Notes: generated by a model not told the origin, from the letters alone. DNA of 63,593 nt, filler included, from Octopus bimaculoides (GCF_001194135.2; 6 parts of 6 records of this genome joined end to end with filler, not necessarily neighbours in it); one strand, 5' to 3'. Positions 1-16,740 are shown, counted from the first letter of the whole stretch. Made by a program: numbers and translations.

Positions 1-99
1 TATATACACACACGTATATATTTGTGTGCGTTTGTATTTGTGTATGCGTGTGTGCCTCTTTTTGCTTCGTTTCCAATTAACCTGCACCACTTAACTACC

Positions 100-235
100 G
101 GTACTGGTTTCTTTACGTCCCCATAGCTCACCGATTCGGCAAAAGACGCCGATGGAACAAATACAAATATTAGAGTATATTTGTTCGACTAAATCTTTGA
201 ATGTGGTGCAGCAATATCGCTGCTGTTGAATAGAT
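100..235 (+). mobile_element. Degenerate 3' half of SINE family 1
   Basis: tttacgtccccatagctcaccgattcggcaaaagacgccgatggaa and tttgttcgactaaa align by eye to the copy at 23820-24027. Confidence 0.55.
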
Positions 236-1262
236 AAAGTGTATATATGGATATATATGTCTTTGGTATAAATTCGTGCACTTGACTTTGGCTGCGACTC
301 CTATGTTGTTATCAAGCAAACGATCTTTGCATATTTCGTTGCCTATCAAGGAGAAAGGCACCAAAGATAAAGTTGTTTGATGCCATTCCGGCTTCTACAA
401 GAAATCTGAGTGGTCGGTTGTTTCCTGACGTCATCGCTTTTTCGTAGAAACCTGATTTGTGTTGTTTGGTTAATTTTACGTTTGAAGACATTGATTTGAG
501 TTCGATTCCTAAAAAGCGAGTTGCTTTCTGGGGTCTCTTCCAATATTTCTGTTTCATAAGCGCGCGCGGGCACACACACACACACAAATTAACTACACAC
601 ATGCATACTCGCAGATATATTTAGATATTTATAATACATATGCGCATATACATAGTATATACATACACGCATGCACGTATGTATGCATGTACGCATGTTT
701 GTGTATATCTGTTTCTTCTATCTATCTTTATACATGCATACGTACCTACACATGTATATATGTATCCAATTATCTGAATCTACGTATGTATATATATATA
801 TATATATNNNNNNNNNNNNNNNNNNNNNNNNNNNNNNNNNNNNNNNNNNNNNNNNNNNNNNNNNNNNNNNNNNNNNNNNNNNNNNNNNNNNNNNNNNNNN
901 NNNNNNNNNNNNNNNNNNNNNNNNNNNNNNNNNNNNNNNNNNNNNNNNNNNNNNNNNNNNNNNNNNNNNNNNNNNNNNNNNNNNNNNNNNNNNNNNNNNN
1001 NNNNNNNNNNNNNNNNNNNNNNNNNNNNNNNNNNNNNNNNNNNNNNNNNNNNNNNNNNNNNNNNNNNNNNNNNNNNNNNNNNNNNNNNNNNNNNNNNNNN
1101 NNNNNNNNNNNNNNNNNNNNNNNNNNNNNNNNNNNNNNNNNNNNNNNNNNNNNNNNNNNNNNNNNNNNNNNNNNNNNNNNNNNNNNNNNNNNNNNNNNNN
1201 NNNNNNNNNNNNNNNNNNNNNNNNNNNNNNNNNNNNNNNNNNNNNNNNNNNNNNNNNNNNNN

Positions 1263-1311
<49 letters not shown>

Positions 1312-1647
1312 AAGTTAGATAGATATATGTATGATACATATATGTGTGTGTACTATGGACTTTATATCTGTATACATATATGCATATGTGCTTGTGTGTG
1401 TATGCGTGTGCGTGTATGAGTGTATAATTTTCTTAAAACACCACCAAGCGAGCCACACGAATAACACAGTGGAACAGTAGAGGCCAGAAAGAATTATTAA
1501 TGATAGAGATGCACGGATATCGTTTTTATGGTTCATCTTATCGGAATAGTTAAAGATGATAGAGTTCTTTACAAAGCCAGAAGTCTACCTGTTTCCATCT
1601 CTCTGTCTCTCCCTCCCTCTGTCTCTCTATCTGTCTGTCTATTACTT

Positions 1648-1690
<43 letters not shown>

Positions 1691-3141
1691 TATCATTTTC
1701 CTAAAGCTCTCCGCTCACCCCGTCCCCACCACAACTTGCTGCTGCCAACACAGAAAGCGATGCTGTCCTCGTTTCGTCTTGTGGTTCAGTTCCTGATATA
1801 TACGGATTTGGTTTCACTTAAAAAAGATAGCTAGCTTTACTACTTCCGGTAGACACTAAGCTTCCGGTGGCCTTTGAAATCTCCAATCTGGGATTTCACG
1901 CAAGAACGCCGCACACGTAGGTGTGAGCGTGTGTGTGTGTGTGTGTGTGTGCTTGTGTGTGTGTATGTATCTGTGCGTGGATGAGTATGTGTGTGTATGT
2001 GTATGTGTGTGGTTGTATGTTCATAAGCACATGTTTGTATATCCGTGTAAACAACCAGAAACATAGATAAATGTAAGTGCGCGCGCACACATTGTGTATA
2101 GATATTAATGTTTGTACCATATATATGTATATATATATATANNNNNNNNNNNNNNNNNNNNNNNNNNNNNNNNNNNNNNNNNNNNNNNNNNNNNNNNNNN
2201 NNNNNNNNNNNNNNNNNNNNNNNNNNNNNNNNNNNNNNNNNNNNNNNNNNNNNNNNNNNNNNNNNNNNNNNNNNNNNNNNNNNNNNNNNNNNNNNNNNNN
2301 NNNNNNNNNNNNNNNNNNNNNNNNNNNNNNNNNNNNNNNNNNNNNNNNNNNNNNNNNNNNNNNNNNNNNNNNNNNNNNNNNNNNNNNNNNNNNNNNNNNN
2401 NNNNNNNNNNNNNNNNNNNNNNNNNNNNNNNNNNNNNNNNNNNNNNNNNNNNNNNNNNNNNNNNNNNNNNNNNNNNNNNNNNNNNNNNNNNNNNNNNNNN
2501 NNNNNNNNNNNNNNNNNNNNNNNNNNNNNNNNNNNNNNNNNNNNNNNNNNNNNNNNNNNNNNNNNNNNNNNNNNNNNNNNNNNNNNNNNNNNNNNNNNNN
2601 NNNNNNNNNNNNNNNNNNNNNNNNNNNNNNNNNNNNNNNNNNNNNNNNNNNNNNNNNNNNNNNNNNNNNNNNNNNNNNNNNNNNNNNNNNNNNNNNNNNN
2701 NNNNNNNNNNNNNNNNNNNNNNNNNNNNNNNNNNNNNNNNNNNNNNNNNNNNNNNNNNNNNNNNNNNNNNNNNNNNNNNNNNNNNNNNNNNNNNNNNNNN
2801 NNNNNNNNNNNNNNNNNNNNNNNNNNNNNNNNNNNNNNNNNNNNNNNNNNNNNNNNNNNNNNNNNNNNNNNNNNNNNNNNNNNNNNNNNNNNNNNNNNNN
2901 NNNNNNNNNNNNNNNNNNNNNNNNNNNNNNNNNNNNNNNNNNNNNNNNNNNNNNNNNNNNNNNNNNNNNNNNNNNNNNNNNNNNNNNNNNNNNNNNNNNN
3001 NNNNNNNNNNNNNNNNNNNNNNNNNNNNNNNNNNNNNNNNNNNNNNNNNNNNNNNNNNNNNNNNNNNNNNNNNNNNNNNNNNNNNNNNNNNNNNNNNNNN
3101 NNNNNNNNNNNNNNNNNNNNNNNNNNNNNNNNNNNNNNNNN

Positions 3142-3348
3142 CCTGTTTCTGTTGTGCCTGTAATTCAAAGGGGTCAGCCTCGTCACACTCTGTGTCACGC
3201 TGAATATCCCCGAGAACTACGTTAAGGGTACACGTGTCTGTGGAGTGCTCAGCCACTTGCACGTTAATTTCACGAGCAGGCTGTTCCGTTGATCGGAACA
3301 GCCTGGAACTCTCGACGTCGTAAGCGACGGAGTGCCAACAAAAGTACA
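3142..3348 (+). mobile_element. Interspersed repeat fragment, probably the 3' part of a SINE/retroposon
   Basis: GC-richer island between a gap and a microsatellite. Recalled as resembling a common octopus repeat; single copy here, so not verifiable within the window. Confidence 0.4.
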
Positions 3349-3981
3349 TACACGCACAGACACCACACACATCCTACACACCCACCCACACACCCACACA
3401 CACACACACACTCACTCACATACATACACACACTCACTCGCATACATACACACATGGACAGCTATGATGACAACGATAGTAACTGCATATTGACCAACAA
3501 AAACTACAACGGTAAGGCCATCATCATCATCAACATCATCATCAACATCATCATCATATCATCATCACCACCATATCATCATCATCATCATCATAATCGT
3601 CGTTGTCGACGTCGTCGTCATCATTATCGTCATCACCTCCAGCAACAGCAGCAGCGATAGCAACAAAAACACTAAAGAAAAACGGTAACAACAAAAAAAG
3701 AAGCAATAAAAACATTACGAATAACAATAAAAGCCGCGATAAAGAATACGTCGCTAATTAGTAAAGCGACCTAATTATGGTCAAAGGTCTGACCTACTTC
3801 TGTTAATTCCTACACTATCACCACAACTACCCTACCTCCTTTCCACATCATGACCACCACCGTCTAAATGCACAGCCTTATCGCACTATCCCTCCGCCAC
3901 AGGCACACCCACCCCAAGCGCCCACTTCACCGTCTCANNNNNNNNNNNNNNNNNNNNNNNNNNNNNNNNNNNNNNNNNNNN

Positions 3982-3993
3982 TTAATTAATTAA
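3982..3993. other. Assembly gap spacer TTAATTAATTAA within N44...N44
   Basis: Identical 100-bp layout at five sites. Confidence 0.9.
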
Positions 3994-4251
3994 NNNNNNN
4001 NNNNNNNNNNNNNNNNNNNNNNNNNNNNNNNNNNNNNATATATATAAACAATATATGAGTATATGCATATATATGTACATGTATGTACATACCTTCATCT
4101 ACATGTACATATAGAAACATATCTGGGTTGAACTATATATATATATATACATCTACGTGCATGCACATGTATATATATGTGTGTGTATTGGTACCATACT
4201 TATATTTAACATATATTTACATACATACACAGTCATATAAATACATATACA

Positions 4252-4285
<34 letters not shown>

Positions 4286-4689
4286 CTGTGTGTGTGTGTG
4301 TGTGTATACATACACACACAGTATATATATATATATNNNNNNNNNNNNNNNNNNNNNNNNNNNNNNNNNNNNNNNNNNNNNNNNNNNNNNNNNNNNNNNN
4401 NNNNNNNNNNNNNNNNNNNNNNNNNNNNNNNNNNNNNNNNNNNNNNNNNNNNNNNNNNNNNNNNNNNNNNNNNNNNNNNNNNNNNNNNNNNNNNNNNNNN
4501 NNNNNNNNNNNNNNNNNNNNNNNNNNNNNNNNNNNNNNNNNNNNNNNNNNNNNNNNNNNNNNNNNNNNNNNNNNNNNNNNNNNNNNNNNNNNNTATATAC
4601 ACATGCATGCGCACACATGCAAATTCACACGTATATACCAATAACAGAGAGAGAGGGGGGCTGGCCTTGAATCTAGCTGGTGTTTCTAT

Positions 4690-6038
4690 CAAAACATTGA
4701 GTTGTGGTGGAAAGGTTTGGGAGGTGTGTGTGTGCGGGAAGGAAGATCTTTTAAGTGAGCGTTAATGGAGGACAGCGAGGGAGACTTGGAGAAAGAGTGA
4801 AGGCTAGAGGATGAGTGAGGGTAAGAAGGTAGAGTGAGAGCTGGAGAGAGAGAGAGAGAGAGAGTGGAGATTAGCGGGAGAGTGGGAGGTGCTAGAAAAA
4901 AAGAGGTTGTTAAAGACGTAGTGAGAGAGAGAGTGGTTTTCTTTAGGAATTGAGAGAAGGGGAGGGAGTAGGGAATGATGGGATGAGAAAAGGTAGATGG
5001 GGAGGCGGAGAACGGCAGGGAAAAATAGTAGAAGGTAGATGGGGGAATGAAGTGGTGGTAGTGGTGGCAGGTGGTAGTAAGAGAAAGCAGACGATAGGGA
5101 AGTTGTTGTGGGTAAGTGATGTGAGAGTTTGTGGTAGACGTGAGGGAGAGTGTACGGTGAGAAATGGATGAGAGGACAGAGAGAGAGGAGAGAAGTGGGA
5201 GGGGAGGAAGAGGCATAGAGATGAAGGGGCAGAGAGAAGAAGAGGCAGAGAGAGGAAGAGGCAGAGAGAGGAAGAGGCAGAGAGAGGAAGAGGCAGAGAG
5301 AGGAAGGGGCATAGAGAGGAAGAGGCAGAGAGAGGAAAAGGCAGAGAGAGGGAGAGGCAGNNNNNNNNNNNNNNNNNNNNNNNNNNNNNNNNNNNNNNNN
5401 NNAGAGAGAGGAAGAGGCAGAGAGAGGAAGAGGCAGAGAGAGGAAGAGGCAGAGAGAGGAAGAGGCAGAGAGAGGAAGAGGCAGAGAGAGGAAGAGGCAG
5501 AGAGAGGAAGAGGCAGAGAGAGGGAGGGATAACTGAATAGAAGGAGTGACGGGATGAGGTGTGGAAAGCGATAGAGAGACAGTAAGTAAGGAGAGAGAGA
5601 AGAACATGATGAAAAGAGGAAGACAGAAGATTGAAGGGGAGAGAGAGAGAGAGATGTAGAAAGGAGAGGAAGAACCTGGAATGTGAAGTAAGAGGGAAAG
5701 GTAGAGAGAGAGAGAGAATAATTATGAAAGAGATGGGTGAGAGAGCAGAAAGAGAGAGATAGTACATTGTGGAGTGAGAGTATGAGTGAAAGAGAGAAAG
5801 GGCGATATTGAGAGAGAAGAAACTAGAGAGAGGAACAGAGAGAGGGGGAAGGGGAGCGTGACTGAATGGCTGAAAATGGAGGAGAAGGATGAGGGATAGA
5901 GAAATACAACAGGAAAAGGAAAGTGTGAGAGAGGTAGACAGAGAGATGAGAAATGAAAGAGAGGGAAAGGTAGAAAGAGAGCAGACGATAAAGAAGTAGT
6001 AAGATAGAGAGAGAGTAAAAGTAAGAGAAGGAGAAGGG

Positions 6039-6077
<39 letters not shown>

Positions 6078-6244
6078 TGTGTGTGTGTGTGAATGTAAAA
6101 ATGTGAGAGAGGATGAGAACGACAGAATGAATTTGCAGGAGAGAGGGATGGAGAGAATGTGAAATTGGGAGAGGGAAGAGAGAGTGTGTATGTGCATGTG
6201 AAATTGCGAGAGGGGATGAGAGAGAGAAAGAAAGTGAAATTACA

Positions 6245-6279
<35 letters not shown>

Positions 6280-6307
6280 AATTGAGAGAGGGAGAGGGGA
6301 AGAGCTA

Positions 6308-6361
<54 letters not shown>

Positions 6362-6420
6362 ATTGCGATTAAGAGGAAAGAGAGACAGACAAAGAAGAAG
6401 AAAAAGAGAGAATATGTCTA
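4690..6420. repeat. Purine-rich (GA) low-complexity tract including a 16-bp tandem repeat GAGGCAGAGAGAGGAA (about 5200-5525)
   Basis: Directly visible periodicity. Confidence 0.9.
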
Positions 6421-7364
6421 GCAATGGAATGGCGGAATTGCAGTATAAGTTATGTAGAGGTGGTGNNNNNNNNNNNNNNNNNNNNNNNNNNNNNNNNNNN
6501 NNNNNNNNNNNNNNNNNNNNNNNNNNNNNNNNNNNNNNNNNNNNNNNNNNNNNNNNNNNNNNNNNNNNNNNNNNNNNNNNNNNNNNNNNNNNNNNNNNNN
6601 NNNNNNNNNNNNNNNNNNNNNNNNNNNNNNNNNNNNNNNNNNNNNNNNNNNNNNNNNNNNNNNNNNNNNNNNNNNNNNNNNNNNNNNNNNNNNNNNNNNN
6701 NNNNNNNNNNNNNNNNNNNNNNNNNNNNNNNNNNNNNNNNNNNNNNNNNNNNNNNNNNNNNNNNNNNNNNNNNNNNNNNNNNNNNNNNNNNNNNNNNNNN
6801 NNNNNNNNNNNNNNNNNNNNNNNNNNNNNNNNNNNNNNNNNNNNNNNNNNNNNNNNNNNNNNNNNNNNNNNNNNNNNNNNNNNNNNNNNNNNNNNNNNNN
6901 NNNNNGGTGGTGGTGGTGGTGGTGGTGGTGGCGGCAATGGTGATGATAAGCAATTCTCTATATATTTATGCATATTTCTATGTAGGTATTTGTCTCTCTG
7001 TTTGAATGTGTGTCTGTCTGTGTGTGTGTGTGTATGTGTGTGTGTATGGTGGGGGGTGAGGAGCAATTTTGGAGGTGAAGAGTGGAAATGAATGAATGGA
7101 GAACAGATAAAACAGGACAAAATAAATAAAAGCTAATAGGGGGAGGGGGGAAAGATAAATAGCGAAGCAGTTTAGACAGACAAGCAGACAGACAAACTGA
7201 TAGTCTGACAGACAGGTAGGCAAATAGTCAGACAGACAGACAGACGGATAGACAGACAGGCAGACATAATTATTGATAGATATAGAGGCATAATGAAAGC
7301 TAGATCGACAGACGGGCAGTAAAAAACAGGCAGACAGACAGATAGGTAGCTTGGTAAGCAGGTG

Positions 7365-8013
<649 letters not shown>

Positions 8014-8106
<93 letters not shown>

Positions 8107-8164
8107 CAAACAAACCAACCGATCGACAGACAGACAGATAGACAGACAGATAGATAGATAGATA
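8014..8164. repeat. (GATA)n microsatellite flanking the LINE fragment
   Basis: Visible. Confidence 0.95.
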
Positions 8165-8329
8165 TATTGGTAGGCATTATGAATGACATGTAGCGGCTCT
8201 TTACAGACGGCCATCTTTTCAGTCAGTAAATGCCGCCTTGTGATCTCATATGACAAGCAAGTCCGGCTTTGGACAAACAGACCCTACAGCAGACGCCAAA
8301 GTTTTGTCTTATTCTTAAACGCACCCAAA

Positions 8330-9368
<1,039 letters not shown>

Positions 9369-9412
9369 NNNNNNNNNNNNNNNNNNNNNNNNNNNNNNNN
9401 NNNNNNNNNNNN

Positions 9413-9424
9413 TTAATTAATTAA
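9413..9424. other. Assembly gap spacer TTAATTAATTAA
   Basis: 44 N on each side. Confidence 0.9.
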
Positions 9425-9725
9425 NNNNNNNNNNNNNNNNNNNNNNNNNNNNNNNNNNNNNNNNNNNNGTATGTATGTCTCAACGCTACTGGTATCTAGC
9501 ACCTTCGGATGATCTCTACTCAACCGCTACACAACTGCTACTCGACTGCTACTCAACGCACCTACCACAGCCAGACTATCTCTATTTATGTCTTGGAAGA
9601 TCCTACTTCTTCGCCTGGGGGCGTCGACACAACAGTATCATTTGTAAACGTACGTATTAGTATACAGGTTTATATATGTGTACAGGGTGTGTGTATGTGC
9701 ATGTGAGATAGAGAGGGGAGAGAGA

Positions 9726-9760
<35 letters not shown>

Positions 9761-10189
9761 CCAGAGAAGAGAGTTCATAAATTGATAGTTAGATAATAAG
9801 CGAGAGAGATGAAGTGATGCGAAGAAACAAAGTTTAGAACGTGCGTGTAATTTTTGGACTATAATATGGAAGGCCAGAGACAGAACCGACCGACTGATTA
9901 TAAAATATAGGAGCATTTAACATTTTGTAAAATAAAATTGCATTGAAAAGTCACATCAGCTCCTCTAAAACAGGAAATATAACAGTTCATAGATAATTAC
10001 ATACAGACACATATACAGACTCGCACACGGACCGCACACACGCACATATATGTTTATACATATGTGTCTTCTACTACTTCTAATGATTAAACGATCATAA
10101 TTTCTTTATTAAATTTTATTGGTCGTTCAAATTGCATATGATGGAAAAGTAATTCTTAGTTTATGCAAAGATATTACTTATAATCTACA

Positions 10190-10900
10190 TTAAAACGACG
10201 GTATGTGTAGCATCGTTTAACACATCTCAGGAATCTTCTTTGAAAAATTTATGATGTGCCTTGCAGTACCTATTTTTTGATCGTTTCTTTCACGTCTTTT
10301 ATATCATCGAATTCTTGTCTCCGAAAACTATCTTTTATCGAACAGAATCGGTGGATATCAGAGTCTTCTAGTACCCGCTTGAACATCCCAGTATGCCGAA
10401 TGCTTAATATGTTATTCAAAATGAGTGCAATCTCTCATTTTCACGGGATAATTTAGCTCATTTTCAGATTGTGGTTCAGCTTCTATTATTAATGGCTTCT
10501 CTAAATCATTAGCTCTATCTCATTGTTCATGGTACAGCAAATTACATATAATGAAGGACAATGATCACTTGTTACTCCCCACCAAAAAAAAAAAAAAAAA
10601 TCACGTGACTTTCATTGCCCTAGAGAAGATATGCAACGCATTTCCACAAACTGAGACTTCGTTTCCTGATCATGAAAGCCAAGTCTCATCATGTATAATC
10701 AAGCTTACAGACTGTGATTCGTATGCAGCACACATAAATTCCTCCACTCGTTAGCGCTTCGTATCAGTTATTTTCCTCCCTTTCAACCTCATCTATCTTA
10801 GCACATTGCTCTTGTAAATGATGCCATCTCCATGAACAATTTACTGTTTTGTATTGTGGTCGCACAAGCTGAAATGGTAGATCGTCGAAAATTCAGTGGC
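10190..10900 (-). mobile_element. Highly decayed mariner-family (DD34D-type) transposase relic
   Basis: DETW at 10679-10690, followed across a frameshift by HDQETKSQFVEMR and later DSDIHRFCSIKDSFRRQEFDDIKDVKETIKK, which resemble mariner catalytic-domain motifs. Confidence 0.6.
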
Positions 10901-11666
10901 TGCACATCTATTCTGCTTGAAATCCATTAAATGTTTATAATAAGGAAGAACCGGAATAAGAATTACGATGAAGGGTCAAATACTCTACCACAGCGTGCAA
11001 TTTGAACAAGTTATGCCAGTTAATTTCAAAGCGATGCTCACCTTTGTGTTACTTTAGTTACAAGATCTCGAATGAAAGTATAAATATACGAATGTACGTT
11101 TGTGTGTAAGCTGTACATATTTTCTTTTAATAAGTTCACTATCCATCTCTGTCTCTCTCCCTCTCCCTATTTCTCTTCCCATAAAGTTATAAGAGTATTC
11201 TAGTAGTCAAAGGTATGTGTGTAGATGTTTCATTTTCAATGAGAAAATCATACATATAATGTGTGACACCCCGTTCAATTATATCTGTAGAATAATTACT
11301 GGAACATATGGTACCATTTTAATTTTGTGTTTCATTACAATATAAAAATATATTCTATGAGTAGAACACTACTGTGCAAAAGCCTTCGGCCACTTTAAAC
11401 TATTGTAAATTTCTACTAATTGCCAACTTATAAGTGGATGATTCCCATTGTGCTTTTTACAGATGAAACATTGGCACTGGTGTAGTCATTGCCATACCTA
11501 ATCACTATATTTTGTAGTAGGGGTTCTTAATGAGAGAAAATGAGGCGAGAGGACCACAAAAAATAGCCGAGCTAGAGTTTGCTGCCACCTCACATAAACC
11601 AATCAAGATACTGTGTTTTAAAACAGAAACATATCTATTATGAAAGTTTGTTACATAATGTTCATT

Positions 11667-12050
11667 TCAAGTAGTTACTGTACGTTGATAATATTTCGTG
11701 CGGCTTCTCTTAGCTTCAATAATTGCTTCAGTGTGCCTGGAAAGAGATGCATAGAACTCCTTCATCATCTTCACAGGTATGTGATGCCATTCTCTGTGAC
11801 TGAGCTCCCACAACGCTTCAAGATTGCGTGGATTCTTCTGACGAACTCGAGTTCTGTCCACATTTGCTCGATAATGTTTAAGTCAGGGCTCTGAGTCGGC
11901 CAATCTTTCAGTATGGTTACAGCTTCATCAGACTGTTGTATTGCACATGATCTATGGCATGGAGCTCCTTCATGCTGAAAAATCTCACCTTCATCCAAGT
12001 CTGGTATCAAATTATCCTTCAGCAACTGAAATATATTTGAAACTATTCAG
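11667..12050 (-). mobile_element. Tc1-like transposase C-terminal relic
   Basis: FQHEGAPCH and WPTQSPDLNIIEQMW motifs (FQQDNAPCH / WPxQSPDLNPIE), then a frameshifted C-terminus ending TKY. Confidence 0.8.
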
Positions 12051-12184
12051 GTTACCGTCAATTTTAATCGACTTTCTTGAACCATAATTTTTATGCATCC
12101 CCAAAGTATCAGACTCTTGCACAAACTTCACTGTTTTCGTCGTTTCGCTTTCTACTACGCGGAAATTTGTCAGAAGGCCTCCAA

Positions 12185-12186
<2 letters not shown>

Positions 12187-12272
<86 letters not shown>

Positions 12273-12305
12273 GGAGAGAAAGAGAGAAAAAAGAGAGTGA
12301 GAGAG
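12187..12305. repeat. (GA)n microsatellite
   Basis: Visible. Confidence 0.95.
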
Positions 12306-13055
12306 AGAAGAACACTAGTGATTTTCAAATTTACTGCAGCTGTTTTTGCAATATTTCATTCATGCATTTTTAGATTACATCATGGCAACAGCCCGCCATC
12401 GACAGGTAAACTTTAAGCATATAAAGAGTCATGGCCGAAATAGAAGGTGGCCAGTTTACCAACAATCGTGATAAAACAAATGTTATATTGAGAAAGTACA
12501 ATAGAATTTATAGGGAAAGTAGGTGAGATACATAAAGGGCAACTAGTCCAAAACTACTTATTTTGCAAGTTACTCTCTTAATTATTTTATGGTTCCATCT
12601 AGTGGATAAGAATCACTCTTGGTCATATAAAACTGTATCTACACAGAGAACGTTCTTTTGCTAGTCAGAATTTCACTTATGATTCTGGATGATGAGGAAA
12701 ATAAAATATGTTTTTGGTGAAAACTATGAAATATTTCATCCTCGTAAAAACTTCATAGAAGGTTGAATTTAGCTTAAGTTGTATTTTATTAGATACCATG
12801 CTGAAGATTCCAATTGAGGAGAATGAGATAATACTTAACATATCGACCAACGACTAAAAGTTTTAAGCAAATTACTCAGTGTAAAAAAATAATTAAATAA
12901 TAATAAAAACATACGTATGTTCTTCATTCCTGGAAGTGAATCCCTCGATTTAACGTAGATAAAACTGGATGAAATTCTCTTCTGTAAATAAAACTTCCAG
13001 AAGCAAACATTATATACATACATGTGTGTGTGTGTATGTGTGAGTGCATGTGTAT

Positions 13056-13089
<34 letters not shown>

Positions 13090-13123
13090 TGTATGTATGT
13101 GTATATGTATGTATGTATGTATG

Positions 13124-13205
<82 letters not shown>

Positions 13206-13229
13206 TAGATAGATAGATAGATAGATAGT

Positions 13230-14155
13230 TTCTCAGTCTGCCTTGTCTCAGTAATTGGTCCATTTGGTGTACAAAGGTGTTTGATTCCGCTGCCCACGTC
13301 TGCACGTCATGTCGGGCTGTTGGTTCATCGGTATTGTGAAGAGTAGGATATCTAGTTCCTTTTTGAAGACATTTAGCTCCACCTTATGCAGGTTTCTTGA
13401 CTTTTGTGGCAGGGCATTGAAGATTTGTGAGTCTTTAAACCCTAGGCTATTTCCGTACCTGGTCCTGCATCTAGATGAAGAGGATAGTACCCTTGGTACA
13501 ATACAACGGCGGCCAGTTCTGGTTTTTGTATAACACACAATGTCAAAATTAGATACTAGCTCTTTTAGGGTTTTCCATGTGTAGATTATCGCATATGTCT
13601 CGCACCTTCGCTCCAGGGAGTTAAGTTGCAGTTTTCTCAGCCCATCCCTGTAGTTCCCCCGCTGCACTGCTTCAATCTTTTTAGTGTGGTGGCATTGGAC
13701 TGCATCCAGCTCCGCTGTTAATTTGGCACTATGTGATGACCACACCTGGGAGCAGTATTCCAGGCGGCTGAGAACAAGGGTTCTCCACAGGATCAACAAA
13801 GTTTCTTGGTGTCTTGTCTTGAAGGACTTCACTATTCATCCTCCCAGTTGTATGCACATTACTGCCATCTTGCTAACGTGCATATAAAATGATGCGTCAT
13901 TGCACATACATATCCACAACTTTTTCAATACCTATAACTCTGGGTTTGTTATACCTTAGGGTCCCGTATATACAGGCTGTAGTGATGTAGTGTATTCGTG
14001 AGTTGGTAGTGAAATGCCTCACATTTTCCAGTATTAAACTGTATGTTGTTTATTTAGGCTCACTTGTATATCGAATTCAGGTCCCGCTGTACACTTGCGA
14101 CGTCATCCTACTTTTTTTTATTGCCTGTGATAAATTTGCATCATCAGCATAGTTA
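13230..14155 (-). mobile_element. CR1/L2-group LINE 3' fragment
   Basis: YADD at about 14141-14152, then LVLSRLEYCSQVWS, LRKLQLNSLERR and FKKELDILL, typical of CR1-group ORF2 ends; 3' end abuts (TATC)n. Confidence 0.8.
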
Positions 14156-14269
14156 TATATACGTAGGTAGGTAAATAGATATGCAGGCAGGCAGATAGGC
14201 ATAGGTACATACATACATACATACACATGCAGATAGACAGATTAGATAGATAGTTTAATGGACACAGTC

Positions 14270-14313
<44 letters not shown>

Positions 14314-16389
14314 TGATTGATTGATAGATGTACAAACACACGCGCACAAATAGGCATACCCATCAATATATGGAAAATGTTCCTGAAACTATTTACGCCA
14401 CTAATGTGGCAAAATCTCAACTCATGTTTTCAAAGTAAAGAACACTTTCGGTAGCATCGTAGGAAGTTAAAAATGAGATTGACGATGGACAGTAAGCGAA
14501 CACTAATAAAGCTATTCAGCAATATTTTTATAACAAATCTGGGTATCAAGAATAACAAAATGGAATCTAACATGCTTCAGTTATTGATCAAGATATCTTA
14601 ATGAAGCTGTACCTGTAGTAACGAGAAAATATCATTAATCAAATAACTGATTTTTATTGAGAAAAGCGTTGGAGGCAATTCGAAATTTATTTTAATTAAA
14701 ATCAATGTAAAATTGGAAATTATTATTTGGCAGTGCGTTAATAACTCTCTAAAGATTTCTGTGTTATTAGCCCTCATTATCAAAGCATATTCAAATCACT
14801 TTACTATTTGTTTTCTATACAAGACGCTTACCTGTTGTCTTTTTTTGTCCCGGGTTTTATACTTGTATGATGATCTTTACTAAAAGATTACTGAAAATAA
14901 ATATTTGTTCGCACAATCGGTCAATGAATTAATGTTGTTACTTTATGCACTATCAACTGTATAATACAACAATAACTTCCATATATTAGATGCTACTCGG
15001 TGAAGACTTTAACTAAGATAACATATGAGAAAACAAAATGTTTGTACACTTTCGGTGGACATGGAAATTTAATCACACAGCTACCTTTGTACGTTGTCTT
15101 ATGTATTTTGGGTTTAGTTTTATGTAAATTACAAACTTTTAAAATCATAAAGGAAAGGAAAAACGAAAATGATTCGAATTTTTCACGTTGTTGGTTTTTA
15201 AGCAGTGATGAGCAATAATTTTTGTTTTTTGTTTTCTGTCGTGGATTACATGGTTAATAATATCGTTCGTGAAACCCAAACCTCAATATTCGAACGTAAG
15301 TTTAATTCAAACTAAACTGAAGAAAGAAAAAATACTTTTAGCTACCTTTGATCAGCACAATTATCAAATTAAATGAAAAGGAAATTAAATTGGCATGATA
15401 GTGATTTATTTCGCCAAATATACAAGTAGCCCACTAGAACTAGAATATCCGACTTGTAAACAACATCGTCCACATAGTCCATCACTGATTCGCTCCCGTT
15501 TAAGATCTAATTAAGAACCTATGATAAAAGGCGTTTGAATTCATAAATAAGCCTGACACGTTTTAGGCAACGCTTAAATTTTCAAACATTATCGAAACTG
15601 ATTTTCAATGAATACAAAAATAGCATATGAACTGAGGTAAATATACCTGTTATTTTTAGTAAGTAGAGCGGATGAATATACATTCTTTTTCCCGTTAACT
15701 ATAGAGGCCAGTTTATTCTATAGATAATTTATAGTTGACTCTAAACTTCTGCTTCCGTTCTGATAAATTAGAATCCAGAATATGTCTTATCCTACTAAGT
15801 AGATCATTTCTGAAGTTGAACAGTTTGTTTTGAAAACTTTTCAGTTGTGTGCCTTCCCATACCAAATAGGATCTATGAATCTCATTGCAGCTCAAACGAA
15901 TGCTGGAAAATGATAATTTGTGAGAGACAGATATTGCTATCAGGGTGGCTCCAAAGGTCAATGTACACAAGGAACGATATATAAAATAAAAGCAATGATT
16001 TATCAATCTTCACTATATAGTTCTTACTGCTGCTTTATGTTTGGACTTCAACTATTGGAAGTCTGATTGAAATTTTTTCTGAGTTCGTTGTTATGAATAA
16101 AATGGAAATGTTACTCTTTCTTACCCTCAACAGGCACTTAATTTGTTTCTAGAAAGTAGGAAATTTGTGGTTAAAATTAATAACTACTACTGTGTGTTGT
16201 TCCAAAAGAACAATAGCTACAATAGCAAACTACCAGCATTTCATCTAGGAAAGTACAGTCACTGGATACAGACACATTGTGTAGTGTAATTCTTATTTTT
16301 TTTTTCAAGAAAATTTCTTTTGTTGAAGTCTATGAAATGTATATGGTGAATATTATTTGCGTTAAAACAAGTTATTTGCTTTAATCATG

Positions 16390-16471
16390 CTCGTCGTCGT
16401 CGTCGTCATCATCATCATTACCATCATCATCATCATGACCAATATGAACATCATACTCATCGTCACCGCCG

Positions 16472-16534
<63 letters not shown>

Positions 16535-16740
16535 TAATAATAATAATAATTATTATTATTATTATTGCTGTTGTTTCTATTATTACTATTATTATTTATT
16601 ATTATTATTATTATTATTTATTATTATTATTACTTCTATTATTAATATTATTATTCTTATTTCTATTATTATTATTAGTATTATCACCATCATCATCATC
16701 ATCACTACTACTATCGTTATTATTGATTTTATTTCAATCG
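16390..16740. repeat. Compound trinucleotide microsatellite (GTC/ATC/CTA/TAA/TTA)
   Basis: Visible. Confidence 0.9.

Noticed and set aside
380-435. CRE (TGACGTCA 426-433) and ETS-like motifs; also tandem CTTCCGGT near 1845-1868 and CRE at 54799
   Set aside because: Short motifs expected by chance in 64 kb, with no linked exon identified
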